In this document: piece by piece, positions 11,319 through 22,478 of the stretch
How positions within the stretch are numbered: the first letter of the stretch is position 1
How the letters are laid out: every line of letters starts with the position of its first letter
Assembly (NCBI GenBank): GCA_000708835.1
Contig: DF237059.1
Coordinates: 124,001-188,000 of the forward strand
Source: Klebsormidium nitens
Lineage: Eukaryota; Plantae; Klebsormidiophyceae
Direction: 5' to 3'
Length of the DNA: 64,000 nucleotides
The notes under the pieces: model-generated
What the model was told of the DNA's origin: nothing
What the model saw: the letters and a program-made list of their open reading frames with translations, nothing else
Database searches by the model: none
Made by a program: the position numbers and the translations under genes

Positions 11319-13408
11319 TCAGATGCTAATACGGAAGTTGCTGCAACAAAAACGAGCAAGTCAGAGCGACATGATTGCTTTGTCAAGTCCGCCGACCAAC
11401 TCTTAAGTATCATGGAGGGCCAAAGATTAAGGCCGTGCTTCGTGAAGCGCCGATACATCGTTCGCTCTATTTATTAGGCAGCGGATAGCAAAGCCGATGC
11501 AGATTTCCTAACATGTTCCCCGATCGGTCCCGAGCTGCATAGAATGAATCTTATCTACGAAAACAGTGTTGCCAAGGAAACCTCAGCTGTGTTAGGAGCA
11601 AGTCTTCCTGCTCACCTTATGAAGTCTGGCATTCGTGACAACACACCCCGGAAGTCGTGGTAGCTGACGCCCCAGTGGTACGGGTCGATCTCGCTAGAAA
11701 CCTACAGCAACCGGTTGTCAAGAGGTCGAACTTCGATTGTGCACAGCTTGAAGAGTGCTCCTCGGACTTGGCACTGACTGGGCGTGCAGTATGTTGTTAG
11801 TATGAGAAGAAAAATATTAAACTGAGGAAGGGCCTACTGGCATGCTCCAAAGTCCGTCCAGTCTTCCGGCTCTTCAACACATGCTTCTGGTCCTGATGTT
11901 CACAAGTATTCGACTTACAGTGACGCCCACCAAATTTAACTTTGTATTCAGAGCTGCCTTTGATGCTGACCTCGTGCTCGATTTGAACGCGCCAATAGCA
12001 GAAATGGTGCATAGTCCCTTACCCGTTGGACGATGTTGGACAGCTCCTCGTCGCTAAGGTGCGACGACGACTGCTCCAAAGCGTAGCCCTGGCGGTTGTA
12101 ATTCCCGTTGCACATCAAGTCCAGGCCCTTCTTGATGTCAGCTGTGCACGAATGGAGAGCTGATCAAAATAAGACGCCCTGTAGCTGCTTCTACTGACAT
12201 GAGGATCTGGAGCTGACGTTTTTGAAACAGTGCAATAAAGACACCGGCAATCCACCGTCTCTTCTGACTGTTCTGAGCCAGGCTGCTTTTTATGCAAGCT
12301 GGTTTTTGCCGTTGATACTGCTCTAAGGGCGTCCTCACTGTACCTCAGAGCAGGCAGCATTTATGCTGAAAGGAAGACCTGTCCTTTGATCCTCGATCAG
12401 TCTCCCCGACTAGCCAAGGTCGCGGCCTTGTCCGTGTGATGGGGCAGAGCTCATCCAGCTCACCTGGTCCGATGACATCGTCGCCGTCGAAATCCCAGAT
12501 TGCAAACGCCCAAATCATCTTGATCTCCGGGTCCGTCCGGTGGCTGAAGACTGCCATCATGTTGAGGAACTTCTCAAAAGTCAGGTCTCCTGAGCCATCC
12601 TCTGCACCAAATTCCGAACGCTTTGGTCAAAGTTCCTTCGCGAAAATGTGGAACCGTAGGAAAGTTGTCGACCCCCATTACCAAATATACTTCTTTCTTA
12701 CCTTCTTTTGGATTCTCATTCTTGCAGGTGATGGCTGAGCATACACAATGAGAGCATTTGAGCCTGCATTCAGCTCTATAGACCCCAGATTGGCAAAGAA
12801 CTTTAGAACGTTCTAAGTGTAGTCAATAGATGCAGAACCCACCACTGAAGAGCTCGCATATTCGTGGTGCAAAGGGGTTTGCCCGCATCTCCTCGATGTT
12901 CATCACCTCCTTTGCCCTTAGGCTGTGCAGGCCCTCGGCACTCAGGGCTTGAAACTTGGTATGCAGCTTCAGAATCTCCTTCCGCGTAAAGGGAGTCCTA
13001 GGAGAGATTTCAGGACAGGCGATGTGCTGAGGTCCACTTGGTAGAAGCATTCAACTGGAAAAGTCCTTCAACAAAAAATATATACGCGTGCAGAACGAAC
13101 GATTGTTCGTCACTGCCAGAAGCACCAGAGTCGTGCATCCTAAAATTGCTCTTTCTCTTGCCAATGCCAAAGCTGTGACCCAGATGTGTGTCAGCTCAAA
13201 GGATATTGACGCTTAGGCTATAGTGGACTCTAAACATGCTTTTTGCTCCATCTGACAGCTGCAGGCTTCAATCAGGGTAATTGCTCAGGGAAGGTAGTAG
13301 ATTTTGATAGGTTCTCAAAAGCAGCCGCAGCATTGAAATCAGCTCACCTTTGCACAAAGTCGTTGATCTCTTCTGCCGCTAGCTTGAAGACAGCCTTCTT
13401 ACTTGGAC
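11319..13408 (-). CDS. Calcium- and integrin-binding (CIB)-like EF-hand protein (calcineurin B superfamily); 6 exons
   Basis: Exons 13408-13348, 12997-12843, 12601-12464, 12141-12023, 11701-11616 and 11340-11319 join in frame. Motifs: TPFTRKEILKL, NPFAPRICELFSEDGSGDLTFEKFLNMMAVFS, KMIWAFAIWDFDGDDVIGPAD, and C-terminal SRMPDFISNFRISI*. These follow the CIB pattern (FTRKEI / NPF..RI..VFSEDG / AF.IYDF / PDF...F.I.I). Confidence 0.9.
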
Positions 13409-14263
13409 TGGACGGCATCTCTACGTTTAGACAAGCTCAGCTTCTACAATCTCCTGATCAGTCAAGGCTACCACATCTTTGCTTAAACTGCCACAGCTGG
13501 CGAGTACACTTTCTACCTTCAGAAAAGTTCTCAAGTGACAAGGCCAGAAATAAAGTGCAAGGGTATGCATGCTACCTGTACAGCCCTATCAGCAATAGCG
13601 ATGGCATGTAAACCTCATGTTGATCCATTGATCTCGTGTCAATAAACTGTGCGCACGCAAGTATCTTAATCTGTGACAATAGCGGCCCCAAAGCTCGGCC
13701 TGGCTTGGACCTCGCAATGAAAGCTCTACTAAGCACCTTAGGGCGCCCAAAGCATTAGAATTAGTATCAACTGTATGCTACGTGCGACGCAGAAAATAAT
13801 TACAAGCGCTTGAAGAGTTGCGCCCCGCCACCGCCCTTGCCAGCTCTGCAGGTGGCAGCTGTCTGCGCGTCGTTGCATGTGCCCGCAGCTGTCCTTGTGT
13901 TAGAATCGCTCTGCTGAATGGCCTTCTTGAAGATGAGAGTTCATGAATCATGTACAATCGAATTTCGAAAAGCGAGCCAATTTTGATCTCTGTTGATCAA
14001 TTCTGGATAAATGATAAACGTTTTCCCAAGAGCATTCTGCGCGCGCAGTCTGGCCCAACCAATCAGCGGCCGTTCATTTTGGGTTATCGGACGGGTTCCT
14101 AAGAGGTCAGCGTAACCAGACGGAAACCCATAGGCTCTGGATAAAACGGCTGCTGCCACAAATTGTGTGTCCAAGTCTTCTTGTCGTTGAGCACAAGTTC
14201 CGCAGCTAGAGCCTCAGGAGGGTCTCGCTTCGCTTGGCGGAGGGAGCGTTCAGCATATCGCAC

Positions 14264-14836
14264 ATGGCGCTGCTGCCTTGGAAGAAGTGGATAGGCATTG
14301 ACAGCATCGTGGACATAAGTCAGGAGGATGATGACGAAAGGCGCAGGCCGTTCGCTTCCGCTTCTTTCTCTGCAGACGGCACTCCGCGCGTCGTCGATGA
14401 AGAGGCGCTAGCGGCAGCAAGAGCTGCAAACGAGGGTTACGCTGTTCCTGTGCATGTATTGGCGAGCCGCGCACACCCTAAAAGGCAGCCGGTGGTGGTT
14501 ATCAGCAGCTACCTAAAGCCGTCAGAGCGGCTGATAGAAGCGAGGACAGGAAAGAGAAAGCCCAGAAAAGGCTCGATGACGTCAGCATTGCCTGCTGTGG
14601 CTGCGGTGGGGCTGGCAGGGTTTGCTGGCAGGAAGTTGCTGAAGAAGCTGAGGGCAAACAGGGAAGAGCCGCTATGGGCGTTGAGAGGTCTAGAACAAAA
14701 GGTGCCCGCCACTGCCCCTGTTGAAGAAGCTTGCATCCAATGTCTTTCAGAGAGCAGAGGGGTTAGTATAATGTTTCACCGTTACCAAGATGGGGTCACC
14801 ATTCACAATCTTGCGACGGGAGTAGATGCGTACTAG
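14264..14836 (+). CDS. Hypothetical protein (about 190 aa, single exon) with a short hydrophobic segment followed by basic residues
   Basis: Uninterrupted ORF from ATG 14264, coding-like composition, segment SALPAVAAVGLAGFAGRKLLKKLR. Head-to-head with the CIB gene. No family recognised. Confidence 0.6.
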   Translation: MALLPWKKWIGIDSIVDISQEDDDERRRPFASASFSADGTPRVVDEEALAAARAANEGYAVPVHVLASRAHPKRQPVVVISSYLKPSERLIEARTGKRKPRKGSMTSALPAVAAVGLAGFAGRKLLKKLRANREEPLWALRGLEQKVPATAPVEEACIQCLSESRGVSIMFHRYQDGVTIHNLATGVDAY

Positions 14837-15384
14837 TCGACACCCTGACTTGGTCGTACACTTTGTCATTTTTTTCGAATGTCTAGAGTTGTCAGGACCG
14901 TGGTTGTCTGTGCTCTACATGCTCGGATCCTTCTCATTGGGTCCGAATGGTGGATTGAAGGTATTCTAAATAATTGTGGTCAATCTTTGAGGCACCTGTG
15001 GACTATTCTTGGGGTATGCCTGGCCGTGGTCGCATCACATCATAGTAACGCTGTGGCCTTCTAGGCTTCAGTAATGTCTTTGTCTCTGGAAATTGTTTAT
15101 CAGGTGACAGCTTGTCACTTTGCCGAGAAGGTCTTTGAAAGCAATCTGGAATCTATATATAAGCCCACCCTGCTTTCCAAGAAGCCCTCTTGAATGATTT
15201 CACCCATGAAGTTCTGTTTTCGCTCTGATGGAACCTAGCCTTTTTTGGGTTCCGAACACCTGCCCCTCCTGACATAGGAGCTTCTTCTTTTGGCACCCCT
15301 TTCCAAATGCCTACCTCACCTTCAAGCAATCCCTTCTTTCCGGTCCCCTTGGTAGAAGAAATTGTTTTTTTTTGGCACTCCTTC

Positions 15385-15560
15385 ATATCATGGGGACTCC
15401 AACCTCCTACAACTCCTGGCGAAGAACATTCTTCTCCTCTGTCATCACTTCACAGTGCCCATCTCTCCTCCAAGTAACTCAATGTCTCAATCCTCTTGGC
15501 AACAGAATCTTGAGTCGTATGGGGACTCCAACCTCCTTCGCCTCCTGCCCGAAGAAGTCC
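15385..15560 (+). repeat. 129-bp-spaced direct duplication of the F-box start
   Basis: GGGGACTCCAACCTCCT occurs at 15392 and 15521. The upstream copy encodes HGDSNLLQLLAKNILL; the downstream copy encodes YGDSNLLRLLPEEVLL. Confidence 0.75.
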
Positions 15561-18500
15561 TCCTGTCCGTCACCAGCCGCCTCGGCATCGCCGACCGCCT
15601 CCGCCTTGCCAGCACCTGCCGCAAGCTGTACCACATCAGCACGCTCCCGTCCGCATGGGCGTCCGTCGACCTGTCCGGAAGCGGCCCCGCCGTCGCCCGG
15701 ATCTCGGACAAAGAGCTCTGGCGTCTAGTCAGGCGGTGCTGCGGAGGCGACGACGTCAGCAGGGGCGGTGCTGATGTCGGCCGGGAGAGAGATGACGTCG
15801 GCAGGGAGCCACCGCCCTTGAAGGGGCGCATCTGGCGTGATGAGGTGCTGAGGGAAGAGACGGTTGTTGCTCCACCGGGGAATGCAACCGGGGGGGCTGC
15901 GCAAGCAGGGGCCGGGCCCCCCGGGGGGATCATCCTGGCGTCGGTTAACCAGCTACGAACCCAACAGGGTCAGGAGCAAGCCCCAACGGTTTCAGCTGCC
16001 CCCCCCACGGGTGCGGTGGTCGATTCTACGTGGGGTTATGCGGGGGGAGTGGAAGAGAACAAGTCCCCGCTTGGAAGAGGGGACCCGCTTTCGATGTCAA
16101 TTCCTCTTCGGTATTTGGACATCTCAGGTTGCAGTCAGATCTCGCGGGAGTGCCTAACGTCAATCATCGCGCATTCTGCGAGCAGTTTGCGGCAGGTTCG
16201 GGCGTCGGGGGCGTGTTTTCTGGACCGGAGGGGCGTGGATTTGATTGTGCAGTATGGGATCCAAGCGGAGGTGGATGTGGAACTGACGGCGCCGAACAAG
16301 GTGGAGTGGCGCATGCTGCTGATGAACCTGAGGGGAGAACGGGACCAGGGCCTTATCATTAAGCGGCTCCTACTGAAAGGTTCGATTTGTTTCTCGCCCT
16401 TGCGACCTCCTTTCCGACCATACTCCGTCTGTCTCGTGTGCGGACCGTTTTCTGACCCTCCTGTTGCTTTTCTGGAAACGCCCGGTGGCACACTGTGTTC
16501 TTGGGCGGCAGGTCCTTTTCAGGTGTCTGTCTTTCTCCAACATGCGCCTCGCAGAACTCGCTTGCCCGGACTACACCCAATTGCAATCGGCCTTTGCTTC
16601 CGTCTTTTTCGCACCTGCTTTTTCTGCCACTCCACCCTCGTCGTCCTCCCCGCAGACGCTCTCTGGCGCGCATTGACTCTCGCACCGCCAAGGTCTTTTT
16701 CAAGTGTCCGTTTTTCGCACCATACACCTCGCGAAGCATTGCACCTCGACGGGAGTTGATTAGCGTCAGCCTTTTTTGCGGCTCTTCTGTGCCTCACTTT
16801 CTCATACCGCACCATCCTTCAGTTCGTTGCAGATGCTCCGCTGGCTCTCATCGACTCCCGGTCCGGGCAAAGCCTTTTCAAACGTCCTTTTCGCCACCAT
16901 GCGCATCGCCGGAACGCGCGGTAGCACTCCCCATCTCGTGCCTCTCTCTTCTCACACCCCACCCTCACTACCCCTTTGCAGATGCTCCGCTGGCTCGCAT
17001 TGACTCCCGCGCCGGCAAAGTCCTCTTCCAGATGTCCATTTTGCACAACATGCGCCTCACCGAACTCCACCTCGACCATTGCGTTCTGCGCCCGTCGGAC
17101 GCGGTCACTGTGCTGGAAGCGGTTCAGCACAACGTGGGCTTGCACACCCTACGCATTAGCAGTGAGTTTTCTTCTCGTCTTTCATCGCCTGGTGCTTGTT
17201 TGACCGAGCTTTCGGCTTGTTTCCTTGGTCTGAACTCCGAGGGAAAGATTCAGTCGCGTTGGTTAGCGGCAGTCAGCTGACGGAGGTCACCTTGCTTTGC
17301 TGAGAAGCGTTGACTCGCTCGACTTCTCGAACGACGGTAGGGGGCAGTCGAAAGGCGAAGACCCGCTGGCAGTGACATGTATATCGACGCCTAGAAGCCC
17401 AAAATTCTGGAGTGTATTTCATAGTGAGTACACTGACGTGCGAAAGGAGCAGGACTGCGACATGCGTTAGCGGCGAGCGGGATGATTTTAATAATTGACT
17501 TTGTCAACTTTCGTTACGCATCAGCGGAGATTTTTTTGGAGGATGTCGCAGAGGAGTGCGCCCAATGTGGAAAAAGTACGACGAGATGCTCCAAACCCTG
17601 CATAATAGCAGTGGGCCTTACGTCATCTTCATAAACTCAAAAACTGGGATTCTACTCCGAAGTTGCTCTCTTGCATTTGACGGGCTCAAAGGTGCGGAGA
17701 AAGTTGGTTCGAGAGTGCCGATAATAGCTGGACCAAAGGAAACCGTTTGGATGACAACAAAAACTTGTTCCTGTGGCGCGCAGAAGCCCCGGAGGGCATC
17801 TTCGAACACGTACAGCCCGTGCGCGCCGCCTTGACGGCGATGTTGCAGGACAATTTCACCCTGCGGAGCTTGATCATTGAAGGTGAACTCCTTTCTTCCT
17901 ACTGATTTCAGCAGGCAGCAATCTCCAAAACGTTTGAGGTAGTCAGCGGTGGGAAGAGGACTGTGTGCTGCGTGAGGCGTGGCGCTGCGTAAGTTGTGGC
18001 CTCTGTTCCGTTTTGCTAAGTCCCTTGCTGCAGCTGAAGCTTTTTGAGAAATTCTAAAGGGCTTCGGTGCATCATTGCCAGATCAGAAGCTTGTGTCCCG
18101 AAGCAGGAGTCGTTTTATAATCAAAATTGCCTTCATCGCCGATTCCATTCGAGCGGCTGGTATGTGACTTGACCCTGAAAGTTACTTGGAAGATACTTGA
18201 AAGCACCGACATATTTGTGCGTTCTATCAATAAAGTGTTTGACATGACATGGGATCCGTACTTTATGTTCGGAGGTTGATGCCACGGTGTTGCTTGCAGA
18301 TACTCGAGTAGACGAAGACTGCGTTGACGGAATCGTTCTTGGCGCCAGTGCCAATGGCGCGCTGACGAGCTTGGGGCTCAGTAGTAAGTTTGCGTCCCTT
18401 TGGTGCATTTCTTTTTGCGTTCTGCTGCGATTGGACGCTTTTGCTTGAGCCGAATGTTCAAATGCGCCCAGCTTTTGGATCTGGTTGAGCATTCGAGCTT

Positions 18501-20886
18501 GAAGGCTGGAAACTTTTGGAAGAATAATGAGCGGTGCAGGTGAGCTAACGTCTTTAACTCGCTTGGACAGCGTTTTCCCCGAGCGCTTGCTTCAATTGAC
18601 CAAAAGACAACCTGGTTTGAGGACCAAGCGGTCATTGATTCCATTGATTTGAACGCGGACCAAGCACCGTACAAGCGATCTGATTTGCCGATGGCAAACA
18701 GACCAGTATCCTCTCAAATGTGTACTTATCTTGGGATTCTTTGCAAGTTTGACTGCGTTTGCGCGGGGATACTGTGCGCGTGCCTTTCCTTCACCGAAAA
18801 TCCTTCTCTAATGTCCCTGCATCTTGTTCGACGCAGGAATAAAAGTCGCTGCCTTTGAGAAGGTGTACGCATCGTTGGGTCCAGGGAACGAACTTGGTTC
18901 GTTGAAAGAGCTGCGGCTGACAGGTAGGTCGTTCGTCTTTCGGGTTTCCGCTTTGCTTTTCTTTTGTCAGACAGAACCTGAGGATTCCAGCCCACTTTCA
19001 AAGGTGTTTGCTCTTCCAGGCCAAACTGCTCTGACGTCTTGTCCTCACACTTTGCCAGCTTTGCTATCCTACATCAGCCGAGGCCTTCTCATCGAATGCT
19101 CTTCCAGTACCACCCCATTCTAGCACATGCCTCTTGAGGCCTTTCCGCCTTTGGCATCGTGGTTGACGGACGAGGCGTTCCACCGCCGTATCCGCAGGGG
19201 GTTTCAATCCAAGAGCGAGTCCTCAACCAACAAGTCACTGTCTGCTGTTGTCCGGAAGTGGACTCGGGCGGATGGCTGAGCGAGTTGCTGGCAAATCGAG
19301 TGGCGTGCCAAAGCACCCCTTCTCAGATCAAGTCCTGTGAGATTGTCTGAATGATCTTGCCGCCGATTTTCGGATGCAGGCAGCAAGCTCCCCTGCCGGA
19401 CTCTGTTGCAGCACACGCCGCTCTTCCAAAACTCCAGTCGAGGGATCCGACACTTAGAACTAGACGGTAAGAGCTTTGTCGCCGAGGTCCGTTCTTCTTC
19501 TTTTCTGCTTGAACGATTCTAACCTTTGTTTGCTCCGAAGGTAGACAGCTCAGAGCGCCCAGAAGTGGTTTACAGCAAAGCGACACAATGTGGTTACTGT
19601 ACCCCGCTGATATTGTAGGCTCGCCGACACCGCTCTGAACTCGCCGGTGCTAAATTCAGAGGTTCAGATCCTCGCAATTCGAGTCAAGCAAGTGCTCCAC
19701 TCTTCAGGATAACAGCGGGACCTTGAACTGAAAGCACTAGAAGCACCTCTAGGGCACAAGGGTAAAGTCAGGGCGCAAGTCGCTTCCCTTCGCCGTGTGC
19801 GATTTTACTGTCCTACTCAAGTTCCTTGACCTCGTGAATTGCAGTGAACACCTCCTGTAACGGTCAGTGCGTCGCTGCCCTGAGCAAGTTGCTCGACCGC
19901 AACGGGAAGCTGCACCACCTTCGGCTAACAGGTGACCACCATGTTCCAAGTTTGATTCGACGAAGTTGATGTATTCGTGTAGGTCGCCGAAGAGCCTGAC
20001 TGGCAGAAGACAATCTCGCCTCTGGGGGCAGCTTTTGCTGCTCTTGCTAGTCAACAGCTGTATCGATTGAAAGATCTTCTGCTTTGAAACCGCTCGCTGA
20101 GCCTGCGATTCTTGTACAAGTCAAAGCACGACCTCTAGTGATATCAGCAATTTCACTTTGGATATATCGATGTGCATCGTCTGTTGCACTTATCCACCAA
20201 GCTTTTCAAGAATCGGGTTCCAAACGATTCTTTGAAACAGTCTGCAACTCATAGCTGCCGACGCCGAGGTGGCCGTTCACGAAACAAGTCTCGTCTACAT
20301 CCAACTGACAAAGCTGCTCTCCTTCAATGCAGTACACTATGAGGAGATGACCCGCGGCTCGGCGGCTGCGCTGATGCGGCTCATGAAACGGCACGGCCAG
20401 CGGGTCGCCGTTCAAACGCCGGCGGCCCAGGGGTACAAACCGGTGGGCATCCGGGACCTGCAGTTGGCGACCCTGGACAGGGTGTACAAAGACAGTGAGT
20501 CGCCGTTTTCCGCAATCTGCCCAATGCTCGAATGATTATCATGCGAAGATAGTCCTCAAGTAGCTGAGACAAGGGATCTGTGACCAAATCCTCTGAACAA
20601 TCGAAACGATGTCAAGCACCGGTTTGGGCATAATTCGTAGTCTATTATACGGCCTTTGAGCCGTCGAGACTGCAGAAAGTTGCCACGTTAAGCTGCAGCG
20701 GGATTGCGTGCAACTCGAAGTGCTGACCAGCGAAGGTAGAAGTGGCATCACTCGTTTCTGTTCCTCCCCGCATGTTCGTTGAGCAGTCGCTTATGAGGCG
20801 CTCTGTTTTCCCCTGCAGGTCGACCACGCCTCCTGTTCGCACTCTTCGCGCTTGCCTGTGCAAAGCTGACCTTTGCGGCAGCCTAG
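15482..20886 (+). CDS. F-box / leucine-rich-repeat (RNI-like) protein; about 8 exons
   Basis: F-box LLRLLPEEVLLSVTSRLGIADRLRLASTCRKLY..W..VDLS, followed by LRR units (LRYLDISGCSQIS, LTELHLDHC, LRSLIIE, LKELRLT, IRHLELD, LHHLRLT). Exons 15482-16379, 16982-17161, 17784-17882, 18837-18923, 19380-19466, 19845-19931, 20255-20494 and 20819-20886 all join in phase 1 without stops. Confidence 0.85.
16480..17070 (+). repeat. Degenerate tandem copies of the acceptor plus 5' part of F-box exon 2 within intron 1
   Basis: The unit cag|AYGCTC.CTGGC.C.CAT.GACTC.CG...CAA.GTC.T.TTC...GTCC.TTT..GCAC follows acceptors ending at 16655, 16832 and 16981 (the functional one). A more eroded copy lies at about 16480-16570. 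Confidence 0.8.
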
Positions 20887-22478
20887 ACTGATAGAGATCC
20901 GCGAGGCTGGGCGATTGCAATTTAGATTGTCAGGGGACAGACATCCGCACGTTTACGCAATCATCATGAAGTTCGCCCATCATGGTCTATAACGCACGGT
21001 CCGGAAAGGCTTTGCTTTTGCACACAACAAATGCATCGCCTTGGCATGCGTGTAATTCTAGCATGGTAAGTTCGGCCAGTAATTCAAGCTGACGCAACAT
21101 GTTTATACTGGATGTCCACTGAGTGAGAGGGTAAAATGATGTTCCAAATATAACGTACTCCGTTGTCGGACGTGGACGAGATAGTTATATTTATATTCGA
21201 TGATTGGAGCAGTCCGCTTATACGATATCAAGCATGTTCCATTGAGCAAGTGATTGCGGACTGCTTTGCAAGTTGTCTCTTGAGCCGCGCATAACGCGTG
21301 TGCACGGTCCATCAAAGCCGATCACAAAAATTTGCAAGGCGCCCGCATTAAACATCCGAAGTTTAGGCTTGTGTCAGATGCTCTCTGTGCAAAAAGAAGC
21401 GCGCGAGCTTCCGACCTTTTGGCGCGAGCTCAGGACTCTGCTAGCATGCCTGCCATGCACCATCCTCAAACTTAAGCACGACGGTTGATGGCAGCCGTCA
21501 ATCAAACATCTTTGACGATCTATATGCACGCCATGCTTGCCAACTCCCCTTAGAAGCGGCCTAGGTGAGGGGACCGCGTGAGTCCTGAATCTGAGTTTGC
21601 TCTCGAATTCAAAATCCCGTAGTGCTGACCAGAGGTGTCTCAATATCAAAGAGGCACATGAGGAGCTAGCAGCCATCGCCTATAAATGGGCCTAAAATCT
21701 GCCTAAGATCAGTGACAATAGTGCGGACCGAGTTAAATGATACCTCCTTTCGAACGAATCCTCTGCGGCCACACGGCCGGATGTTGTGACCAGGAATTCA
21801 ACTTCTCACCAACTTGATTGCATGAATGCAGCTGACGCGTTAGAGCAGGAGCCCAAGGGCCGGGAGGAATGGAACGACCTGCGCAAAGGGCTGGCCGAGA
21901 AGCTAGCACTGCCGGTATCTTTCAAATTCCCATGTGATTCTTGTTGAATACTGAGAGTGATGCTTTTCTTAACATTCGCGGCCGCGACCAGTCGGTCAAG
22001 TCCAAGGCAAATGACTCGCGTTCTGCTTAAACCCGGCCAAACCCAGGCCAAACCCAGCCAAACCCCCTTGAAGCGCGGCGGCGCCAGCCCGCGCTCAAAG
22101 GGCCCACGCTGATTGAGCCGCGCTTCTAGCAAGTGGCGCTCTCCCATTGGTTCGTTCAGCTCCGACAATTCAGGGACCGCCAGCCGGCCCCTTTTCACGT
22201 GACGCGCCAGCTGTTGGCTCTCGGATCATTGACCTATCATTGACAGATGGACTCTTGCAGAGAGGAGCATTTGCTCTGCAGTATCTAGACTGTATCGACC
22301 TTGAACTTCTTGTGGATGCCACTGATGTTGATATTGTCTAAAAGTTTTTTCAAATGCGGGAGCTTCTGCAATTCTGATCAATTCGCATTTCCTGATCAGA
22401 GAGAAACACAGTTCAGCAGCCGCGCTTCTCTTTATCAGCATCAAAGCAACTACTCCCCGCAGCTAGCAGCCTGAGGCG

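Noticed and set aside
21374-21676. 100-aa minus-strand ORF with an ATG preceded by an acceptor-like site
   Set aside because: No recognisable domain and no convincing exon chain; it may be a small gene but is unsupported.
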